Part shown: positions 35,960 to 46,458 of the stretch, piece by piece
Position numbering within the stretch: position 1 is the stretch's first letter
Layout: every line of letters starts with the position of its first letter
Source: Tubiluchus corallicola
Lineage: Eukaryota; Animalia; Priapulida
Assembly: GCA_030141605.1 (NCBI GenBank)
Contig: JAQGDQ010000114.1
Location: forward strand, 62,001 to 126,000
Reading direction: 5' to 3'
DNA: 64,000 bases
The notes under the pieces: generated by a model
The model's input: the letters and a program-made list of their open reading frames with translations, nothing else
What the model was told of the DNA's origin: nothing
Databases searched by the model: none
Made by a program: the position numbers and the translations under genes

Positions 35960-37735
35960 TTATTTCAGAAAGCATAACACAGAACTGGAAGATCTGGATT
36001 TTGTGAATGATATAGTTTGACGATTGCAGTCTGGGCGTTTACAGGCAAAGACCACAAGGCTGAAGGAAGAAGTGGAGAAAGTTGGTCTTTGACTAAATGA
36101 CAGGAAATGTAAAATGACGAAGTTGAGTGCAGGGTGTAACACAAAGGTGCAAGTGGGAGAGGAAGAGGTGGATCGAGGACATAGAAGAATTTGTGTATGT
36201 GGGAGTGATGATGTCAAACACAGATGGAGGAACACCAGATATAATAAGCAAGTTAAGTAAAGCAAGAGCAATGTTTTGGAGACTTGGCAAGATCTGGAGA
36301 GCAAGGAGCACTGGGGCAAAATCAAAATAAAGTTATTCAAAATATTGTTGAGGCCAGTGTTACTGAATGTACGCAAGGTGTGGAAGATGATGAAAGAAAA
36401 CAGTGGAGAAGAAGTACAAATGCCGGAGACTCGTGATGCTAAGGACTAGATGGCAGCTAGGAGCTAGTGACAAACAGGGCACAAATGTGTGCAGTGAGTG
36501 ATGAACTTTAGAGGAGATGGAATTGAATTGAACACGTCTTACAGAAGGAAGGCGGGAGTGACTGTGAAATAGCAATGAAATGGCCACTAAGGGTGAGCAG
36601 TGAACGTTCAAGTTTGAACATTCGAATTTGTTTCAAATGAGTATGTTTAGTTTGAAAACCATTCGAACCTAAAACTGTAGCCACTTTTGAATAATTCAAC
36701 ATTTTAACCACACACATTGTCACTAACTCCTTTAGGACTGCATCATTCAAAGTAGGTCTTATAAGACCAATGACTTTTCTGCCACTGTATGAGCACTAAC
36801 GTAATTTAATGATTACAAATTAGGCACTGTTCTATTCAGGAGCATCTCGGTTGTCCAATCATGCTATTTGTTAAAACATTCATAAGTGATTTAATTGGAT
36901 AAAATTAAGAAAAACACGCTCTTTTGAGATATTCCAACTTTGCCAATTGGGTAGCTTAGTCTGACGTACATGATTGTACACTCTATTTTATTGATCGCCT
37001 GCTTGCTACAGCGCAAGCTGTGCACTGTTCTGCTACTATTGTAGGAAAAACTAACCGATGAGCCAAGGATAAGATAGAATCGTTTCAAATTTTAACAGGA
37101 ATTTCTGCTTAGAAATAGCCACTTTCAAACTAGACTTGCGGCCAAAGTGCATCAGTATGTTGCCTCTGGGTAGCTAAAATTTTCTGCATTAGCTGATGTC
37201 ACGCAAATGATACTATACACTACTACGGTGCAAACACTGCAGTCGCTGAATGCTAGTTTCAACTTTTTCGTCATAAATGGATTTTTAATTTGCTTAAAGT
37301 AAGCAGAAGCAGTTTGTATATAATTTTGCATGAAAACCCATCGTGTGAGGAGTAGAAACCTACAAAAATTACCAGTTATAACGTGATTGTTATTATTGTG
37401 ATTTTTCTTTGCACAGTTTTCAGACAAATTAGGGATTTGCTTCCGGATTGAGTACGGACAAAGTACGGATTGATTCGAATTCAAAACTCACAAATTCGAC
37501 TGGATTCGGATTCGCCTTCTGGCAGTGAACGCTCATGCGGGGGGGGGAGGGTCTAATGGACACCAGAAGGAAGAAGGGAAGGGGTAGACCGACAACAATA
37601 TAGAGAAGGTCAGTGGAGCTGAAGAGGAATCACCAGGATAGAAAAACTGGAAAGTAATGTCAATGAACAAAGGGGTTTGGAGAAGGAGTGTCATGGCCTT
37701 ATGCGCCCCTGGGGTGGGGGGAACTAAACACTAAG
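35960..37735 (+). mobile_element. 5'-truncated RTE-clade LINE remnant, interrupted by an insertion
   Basis: Frameshifted LEDLDFVNDI (YADD-equivalent), IEEFVYVG, SKARAMFWRLGKIW, KLFKILLRPVLL; C-terminal WTPEGRR-GRGRP...WRRSVMALCA at 37556-37720. Confidence 0.85.
36588..37536. mobile_element. hAT-like non-autonomous element nested in the RTE LINE
   Basis: Ends TAAGGGTGAGC...GCTCAT with subterminal (A)TTCG(A) repeat clusters at 36605-36670 and 37445-37515; splits the LINE coding remnant. Confidence 0.6.
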
Positions 37736-38056
37736 TGCTGACACATTTATGCTTTCAGCAGCTTGATCAGCAATGCTTTTGCATAATTATGTTAAGTGGG
37801 CCCATCATAGGCATTTGCAGATTTAATTACATGAACGTACTCAAGAAAATAATTTTATTTTTTTTACAAAAGCTTTAGATGTTTTAAAAGTTACATGTTA
37901 GTAATGTAACTTTTGGCAATGGATGAGGATTCCCGCTATTTTAGCCTACTATAGACAGCATGCATTTGTGGTGCTGCACAGAAACAGTGTGTTTTTGCAT
38001 GATAGAGTCACCTAGCAGCCAATGCATTAATTGGGTGGCATTGGCATGCAAATGTC

Positions 38057-38631
38057 TGTCACCTAAATGGCCTGTCCCTAGTCAAAAACCCATTTAAGTG
38101 TGACCATTGCTTTCATCACAGAGCTTTACCGACTGTCTCTTGTTTGAGAAGATAGATGTAGATGGATGGATGGATGAATAAATATAATGGTGTTGGACAG
38201 GCAGACAAAAAGAAAGACAAAGTGTGTTGTGGAGATAGCTGGCATCTATTAGAATTAAATAGAACATTGTAGAATGTTCCATTAGAATAATCGTCTTACC
38301 TTGTAGAATGTTCTAGAAAGACTTGTCTAGAATGTTCCCTGGCACCCTATACAAGGCGAAGCAGGCCGCTGAGAGACACACATAGATTCACATGGATGCC
38401 ACTTGCATATTCTCTTGTATACTTGCATTTTCAGATACACCCAAACGTTTTCCAGATTTTCACGTTTAGTGTAATCATTTCGTGTTCCTTCATACTTTTG
38501 TGTTGTAGAATTCTCGCTTAATAAACTAGTTTAATTTGATGAAGTGTTTTCTGGTTTTCTCTACGAGTCTTCCGAGAGAAACAAAACAACAAAGTGAGAG
38601 AAAGGAGAGGCTAACGAAGCAAAGGGTGACA
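38057..38631 (+). mobile_element. Solo LTR (575 bp)
   Basis: TGTCACC...GGTGACA inverted termini, TATA-like TATACA at 38348, AATAAA at 38520-38525, repeated TAGAATGTTC motifs; TSD not recognisable. Confidence 0.7.
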
Positions 38632-38913
38632 AGTAATCTAGCTTCAAGACCACAGTAAAGAGTTGCCTTATGTGAATTAATGTTCTAAAAACCGAAATGG
38701 GCGACAAGACTTAGGCACGTACGTATTGTCACTGGTCAGCTGTAATTTTACGCAGTAAAGCTTTTAATTTCTGAAAGTGCATGGTGCCTTTCAACCCCAA
38801 TTATGTTACAAAGAAAACTCAACCAAACTGAACACTGAAAAACTAGTCTGTGGTTACAGATTATACCACTAGTAATACTGTTATCTATGTCCGTTCACTG
38901 TCTCGGCGGTTTG

Positions 38914-38927
38914 GTTGCCAAGGAAGT
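38914..38927 (+). promoter_or_regulatory. X-box (RFX)-like motif in the putative F-box gene promoter
   Basis: GTTGCCAAGGAAGT resembles GTTGCC-N2-GG(C/A)AAC; lies in a CpG-containing segment upstream of probable non-coding exons (donors at 39487 and 40920). Confidence 0.3.
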
Positions 38928-39938
38928 TTGATAAAAAAAAACAGTGACGCGTATACAGAGTTTCCCATATTGCTCGTAACGAAATTTAGCAAGTATTTTT
39001 AAACTTTTTACAACCATGTTCACTGGAATTGTTATTTGTAATCGTAATACATTGCCTTATAAAAATAAATTGAATATCAGCATTATTTGCCACATTTACG
39101 GATGTTTTTGCTTTGCTTAAAGCCAGTTTTTATTTTATCAACAACTTTTTTTTACATAAATTGATGCCTTAAAACAGCACATATTGCATTATTCTGTTTT
39201 AAAATGCACTAGTAGTAGTAATGAAAACGCTATAGTTATTATACAAGTATATTTGTTTTTGCTTCCTGACTGATCACTAAATACGAGCCGGTTGTATCAA
39301 ATGAGACCTGGGAGCAAACTTTATGCCAAGGAATTTTGCCTGCAATCTGTTTTTATAGCAACCAGACTTAAGTCTCTAGATAAAATTCCCAAGGTCACAC
39401 CAGGGTTTGGCTTTGACTCTGCTGCAGTGTTTATTCTTAACTGCTGCCTAGAATCAAACGTCGACTAAAGAAAAATCACTAGCTAGGTAAGTAAGATATA
39501 TAGGTGGTTTCAAGCAAGCAGAAAAAAGTTAATCAGTAGAAACATGAGTAAAACTCATAAAATGTTTGATTTATATGATTTAAGCAGCACGTTGAAAAAG
39601 GTGCAGTTGCTGGAACTGTAGCCTCAAGTCAGATTATATCTTGTACGTAATATATAAATCCAGATACCAGCGGAATAAATGTTAGATTGTGTTTTTGCAA
39701 ACTCAACTGACTTTGCTCATCTGTTTGATGAAGTGGGCTTAGAAGCTCTGTTTAGTAAAGAGGGAAGCAGCTGCAGTGTAAATGGAAGCTGCCAGATGGC
39801 ACACAAATCAGAGTTGTCATGGTTGCATCCACTTGGCAGATCTAGGCAGATTTAAATTTTGTAAAAGCTCTACATTTATGCTTTCAAAAAATGAGCCCAC
39901 AAATGCCATGTGTATATTGGATACACAGTTTTAATATA

Positions 39939-40453
39939 CAGTAAGCGCCGCTTTATAGACTCACTTTGGGACAGAAGCATTTTGACCCAATTAACCGACT
40001 GAACCTATTAACAAATGGGTGTTGTATTACTGGTATAGAAGTATGAGTCACCAGCTCACTATGCATTGCAAAGGTTTTTAATGAATTTTAGAAACAAAAT
40101 GTTGCCTAAATTGCTTTGTGCAGTTAAAAATTAGAAAAAATATTTTAAAATATTGATTTATATAAGTGAATTAGCAATAAATTAAAAAATATACTTTTCT
40201 AAATCACACAAGTCTGTTTATTTGCAAAAATTACAAAAATTCCTTCAAAGTCGGCTGCTTCATTTTATCGCGAAGAAGTTTGCTCACAAAGTTCTCAAAA
40301 TGATAAAAATTTTGAAAATCTATTGTTGTACGGTGCACAAATCCTCATAAAATACTTAGTGCTTGGTGTGCCTAAACTGTTGGTGGTGCCCGTGTTTTTT
40401 TCCAAGTAGCTTTGCCTGAGTTTCCGCTTGCTGTAATTCTAACGTACTTACTG
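39939..40453 (-). mobile_element. pogo/Tigger-like MITE family copy (inverted relative to 47248-48123)
   Basis: TA|CAGTAAGCGCCGCTTTATAGACTCACTTTGGGA terminus; 39939-40290 is the reverse complement of about 58350-58699; distal boundary uncertain. Confidence 0.75.
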
Positions 40454-40667
40454 TACTGTAACTGCATCCCTGGCATAACAGCAACATCTAACTGATTAAA
40501 CTTTATGGCAGAGACTGACTGAGCTTCAAAAGCAGACTGCTAAACAAATGATTAAATGTTTAACAATGTCATTGTTACAGTTCCAAAATCTTTGTCAATG
40601 TAGTAACTCTGTCCAAAAATTAACATTTGTATTTACTTTAAAATATTTTAATAATGCAGTTACACTA

Positions 40668-40781
40668 ATGGTGATGATGATGATAATGATGATTGATAAC
40701 AATGATGTGATGATAATGAAGATGATGACGATGAAGAAGAAGAAAAAGATGATGATGATGATGATTGATGATGATGGTGAT
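40668..40781. repeat. (GAT/GAA)n degenerate trinucleotide repeat
   Basis: Directly visible; it generates the poly-M and poly-I ORFs in the track. Confidence 0.9.
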
Positions 40782-40985
40782 ATCATGTATTATCTAGAAG
40801 TATCATAGTACAATTCTGATGGAGTGTGGATGCAGCCCAGGTGTGCAAGTAATCTCTAGATGGTTTGAAAGCTGGAATTACAGACAGCAATGCCAGTTGC
40901 TGTGGAGCTTAATAGATAGGTAAGCTGTTTGGTTTGTTAAATCTATGGCAATTCATTAACATGCTGACATGTTTATGTTTCAAGC

Positions 40986-43978
40986 AAAAAACAAGTGAAA
41001 TTTTACAATCTGCATACTATAGGCCTACCTCAAAGAAACTTGCCTTGAGTGTTTTTTTTTAGTACGTGCTACTTTTATTTTTAATTGATGCTTTCTCTTA
41101 ACAGGTAAGCTTGACAAGCTAAGGCTTTATAGACTAATCTGAATATAACACTAAAATGTATCAAGTATTATAAATCATTAATATATTATTCTGTATTCAT
41201 TGCTATTTTATGTAAAGATAAAACTTTTGAACTCTAATTATGTGACAGGATGAGTTGCTGAGCTCTGACTTATATATTGACTAAAGAAGTTTTGAGAATA
41301 AACGGGGTGATTTAGTCTTCGAAATGGAATTTAGAAATAGAAAACGTTGCCTCTGAAAATCTTTCCTTTTAGCTTATTTATTATTGCACTTATTTTGCTA
41401 ATTACACATGAAATTCAGTAGTAGTCGAAGCCATAAAGGTAACATGAATGAGAATGACTCTACCAAAACAGCAACAGCACTAGCAATGGTAACAGAACAA
41501 TAATTGGCCAATGATTGCAAACATTTGCAAAAGCTATTCAATGTTCAAGAAAGGCACAGGAAACTTGCAAACAATATAGTGAGGTGAAGCCCTGGCAAAA
41601 ACACAACCAGGTTTTATACTCGTAAGTACTTTTACCTGATAACCAGAAAATCACCAACTATGAATGGTCATCACTCATTAGTAATGTAGGTAGCCAATTA
41701 TTTAATGCCCTACTGTTTAACTTGATAAATTGGCCTTTTAACAAAAAAGCGAAGACAGTTTTAGTTTAACCTGTGATTTAACTGTTGAATGACTGAACCT
41801 GAATTTGGCATACAGGTATACTATTTAACCGAGTTGTCCTGTCAGTTAAATAAGGTTGTAAATATTATACGTATAATGTATAAATGTTGTACTGTTTAAT
41901 TCAAATAGATGTGACAGAAAAGAGTTGTTGGGAATTTTGGATGTTTTGAAAATTGTTACTTATCTTGGACGCACTGTTTATGGGAGAACTTTACTTGAGT
42001 TGCAGTCACCATGCAAAAATATTTTTTCAGGTATATTTTTACCTTTGTTGTTTTATTTTGATGTAATTATTGTAATCTGTTCTGTAATTTACAACTTTCA
42101 CAGTTTGCACGAAACAAATGACTGTCTCATTTTGCTGGATTTTTATCATGTTGTTTGCTTTCATTGCACAATAATGCTTAAAATGCTTAATGCTACTGTA
42201 CTTTTCATTAAAATCAGATATATGTATTTTTAAAGCACTTTTTAAAATCTAAAACCAGTTTTATGGGTATAAGATGCAACAGTTTGGTTGTTGATTTCTG
42301 AACAAGTTAGTGATGACATTCAGTCATTGGCGTACCAGTTTGAGCTTATATAGCTTTTCTTATTCCACCCAGTTATCAAAAGAACCACATTCTTACATAG
42401 TCTGTTAGATAAATTGAAAGTAAGAATATGCTGGGTGTTTCAGAAGTCACTAGCTATTTTGTTCAGTAACTGAGAATTTTTTTGAGCCTACATTTGAAGT
42501 TTATGCCTTTTTCTTCTGCTGCCATGCTGACTTTAGAACACAGGCGTAAAATCACTGTATGGCTTCATGACTACATAGAAAGGAGCACCTTGTAGGTGTA
42601 AAGCACTGCAGTAGATTTATAAAGGTAACCAAGCTAACTGAAGTTTTATGCCTCCTAAATTCTCATGAATGCGGTTTGCTCTGCATTATTAACACATCTC
42701 TGGAACAATAAAAGCTTCTATTGAAAGAACAAAGGTTTTTTGGCTTAAAGTGATTGCATGATTAACTTTGAAGAATTAACATTATATTGAATCATCCTTT
42801 ATAGTTCATCAGGTGTGGAACTGTGTGAAGCTTATATGATATGAACAGTAAAGGACACTATCATACAACAGTAGAATCTGTTTTTAAAATACGGAGTAAA
42901 TTTTTTACTAATGCAGTGGTGAATAGTTTAGTTTATTTGAAAAAACTTTTCAATTTCACTTACTATTTACTCAGAAACCTATTGTGTTTGTAAGTGTCTG
43001 AAAGTCTGAAATTTTCTCCTGGAAGGGTTATGCTTGCTATATTCACATTTTAGTCATACACAAAACATTCATAAATGCTGATGTAAGGTTACAAGACAAT
43101 TACACTATATTATTGAGATGATCAATTAAAGATTTCCGTTTGCTCGAGATGCTTAGTCTTTACTACATGTTTTTTTGCAGGAAAGTCGTTTAGTATGTTA
43201 CACGATATTGCAACAAGGAAACTAAGAGTCCAATTTCAAATGAGAAATGTGGGTAAATTCAGATTTTTGTTTAAGCTGTATTAAATTCCATTTCATATTG
43301 CAGAATTGTTGACTCTAGTAAATCGACTTGCCTTGAGTTGTGACTAAGTCCAATGATATTACCAATATGACTCAATATTTTAATTACTCTTTTAATTCCA
43401 ATGATTTTCCGTGGTTCAAACTATTAATTGCCAGTTATTGCCAAATGAGCTTTTTTAGAATGTAGACTTTGTGCAAGTGAAGTCTTAATAATTATGAATA
43501 AGAAACAAAAAAGAAATTCATCTTTAATCCTTAATTCATTGTTGAAATAGCGCTAGCCTACAGCATCAAAACACTGCGTAATTCATGTAGAATCTTGTGA
43601 GCTATTTGCTATGACTTTCTTTTCTTTATTTCTAAATTCCATTTAGAAGACTAAATCACCCTGCTTATTCTCTAAACTTCTTTGGTCAATATATAAGTCA
43701 GAGCTCGGGAATGCAGCCTGTCACATAATTAGACTTCAAAAGTTTTATCTTTACACAAAATAGCAATGAATACAGAATAATATATTAATGATTTATAGTA
43801 CTAGATATATTTTAGTGTTATATACAGATTGATCTGTAAAGCCTTAGTTTGTCAAGCTCATCTGTTTAGAGAAAGCACAAATTACATATAAAAAGTAGCA
43901 CGTACTAAAAAAATACTCAAGGCAATTTTCTTTGAGGTAGGCCTGTAGTATGCAGATTGTAAAATTTCACTTATTTTT
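40986..43978. repeat. Long inverted repeat: arms at about 40986-41345 and 43618-43978
   Basis: For example AAGTGAAATTTTACAATCTGCATACTA (from 40993) is the reverse complement of TAGTATGCAGATTGTAAAATTTCACTT (from 43946); similarity is continuous over about 360 bp. Confidence 0.9.
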
Positions 43979-44480
43979 AGAACTATTATACATTTATTTA
44001 GAACTATTAGATTTGCTTTTTGCATTTCATATTATCACTAGAATGGTTGATTAAATATCAAAGAAATACTTAATTAACAAGTTTAAGTCAAATTGGCAAC
44101 TTGAAACTTTTAAAGACTCCTCTTTAATAATACTTTCAGAACTCTCGACTTAAAACTAAAAGCTTGAAACTTACTTGTGACAAGTGGCTCAGTAACTTTG
44201 CATTGCTGCAGATTTGCGTACTTTAACTTCTAAAATGGAAGCTCAATTTTCTATGCTCTTTGGATTTCGGCATTTTTATTTATAGCCATTTGCATATTCT
44301 AATGTTGAATTATTAGCTACTAAAGATATTGACCATTATTAGGTACATATTTTTTATTTTTTTATAACAGAAATTATTTGCTGATCTGGCAGTTAAAGAC
44401 TGGGGATATCTTTTGTGCCATCTTCTACTTTTATGCAGCCGTGAGCAAATTGCTTGTTTGCTTTGCTATACACAAAGCAG
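43181..44480 (+). CDS. Possible 5' exons of the F-box/WD40 gene (43181-43252 and 44371-44480)
   Basis: Good acceptors (ttttgcag, ttttataacag) and donors. ATG TGG at 43247-43252 spliced to 44371-44480 (KLFADLAVKDWGY...TQSR) is in frame with the F-box exon, but other models are possible. Confidence 0.35.
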
Positions 44481-44827
44481 GTATACTTAAACAATATTAA
44501 ACACTGTGTTGATTTTTAATCGTGATTCGTATATCACTACTATAATTATCATCTAGGTCATCATTGTCTTCATTATCATCATTGTCATCCTCATCATCGC
44601 ATCTTTTTTATGGGCAGTTAAAGAGGATTAAGATTCGAAAACTTTCATCTAGTTTTCAAGAAGTGAAATGTAAAATTAGTTCGCGGATCAGCTGACTTTA
44701 AAAGTGCATTGTGGAACGTTTTGTTTTTTTTTGTTTGATGTTTTGTCAAGGGCTTCTTGTCATTATGTAATATAAAAGGTGTTCACAACAGATAGTATAA
44801 AAAGTTCAGGTAAAATTTCACTTCTAG

Positions 44828-46423
44828 GATTGACAGACCTATCTGCATTGACGATGTCAGTGACAACATTCTCATGAAAATTTTCAAGTTTCTGCCTGAA
44901 GATGATTTGGAAATCGTTGCGCAAGTTAGTCCTAAGTGGCAACAACTTTGTTTGAATAACTGGAATTGGCTTCGAGTAAAACCTTTAAAATGGGGTATGC
45001 AATACTCATCACTAATATTATATTAAAACTTTGCAAATGCTAATTGTAAGCTGTGAAGAAATATTTTCTTTTTTATTTTCATTTCATTTAAGTCTATTGA
45101 GTAAACTATTAAGTAAATAGAATCTTTGTCACTGTTTGGTACACACTGCAGAAATGAACTATTGGAACTACATTTTGTTCCTTGCTAGTTTCATTCATCT
45201 AGGATCAAATATGTTACTTAAAAAGTTTGAGTAACATTTAGTTATAGACTTCTTTAAAAAGATCGTTGAAGCCTAGGCAAGATGTTTAGCCTTGTACATT
45301 TGTACGTATTGCTGCATGTCTTTCAGAACATCCTAAAAACATAAAAAAATTAAAGTTGAATTAAGTTTTTTTTGACAGCATTATAGATTTATGTAACAAA
45401 ATTGAAGTTTTAAACCAATTAACAGAAGCAGTTGCAGGTATTAGATCTTGGTGGTGCCATTACAAAAATGTCCTGTCAAATCATCACATAGCAAATGTTT
45501 ATGAGATCAAATTTTACAATTGCAAAAATCCATGCAAAAAAGTCTGTGCAAAAATCACAAACATTTAGTTAGACCAAATTTTCTAAATGTCAGTGACACT
45601 TAGAGGATACAGAAGATTGTTTCAAAATATTTAAATGCCTCTCTGTATTTGCTTCATGTTCCTATTATCTACTGGAAGCTTGTATGACATGTTCTAGTTT
45701 CATTCGTTCCAGGTTCTTTGATGCCGGCCTTTTTTGATAATGTGAAGTAAAGCTTTTATTCTTTCAGCTGGCTTAGAGGAGGAGCTTGAAGATGGTTTGC
45801 TTCCTCCTGAGCTGTCACATTGGTACAAGAAAATAGAACAAAGCTTGCCATGGCTTCGTCCAGGTAAAAGTATTGTAATATGGATTGATGGAAAATTTTT
45901 TTGCAAAATATATTATAAAGTTTTTACTAAATGTCCAAATTTGCAGCATTATTACTAATGTGGCAGAGGTGCTTTTAGCTTATATAAGTGGCAAATCATT
46001 TATCTATCGAATATTTTGTATTTCAAAATACACCAATAAGTATTAAAGCAGACTTAGCTTCTATTAGAATGCTGTTTTTTGGTCATTTGATAGTCACTGT
46101 AGAAGAAGAGGTTGATGAATATGGCAATCGATACATCAAATTTGGTAAGGGCAGGTCTGCTGATCATGTAACAAGCCGTTTTGGAACAGGTAAACAAAAT
46201 ACAAATGCAGTGTTAACAGGTGTTTGTAGAGTAGACTACGTTCTACGGACTTTAAGTTCTATTTTGTTAAGAACAATTGCGCATTTTACTTTTGTCTGAC
46301 TTTCATTTTAGAAAAATGTGCAGTGTATGCAATTCAGCCATATCAATTGGGATTAACAAAACTGATGAATGCTTTTTATTTGAGAGTCCTAAACATAGCA
46401 TGCATTAAGTAAAATTAACATTC

Positions 46424-46458
<35 letters not shown>

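Noticed and set aside
40548-40808. Poly-Met and poly-Ile ORFs
   Set aside because: Artefacts of the (GAT)n repeat
44555-44600. (CAT)n tract as an extension of the 41-44 kb inverted repeat, pairing with (GAT)n at 40670
   Set aside because: The intervening sequences do not align; low-complexity coincidence is more likely
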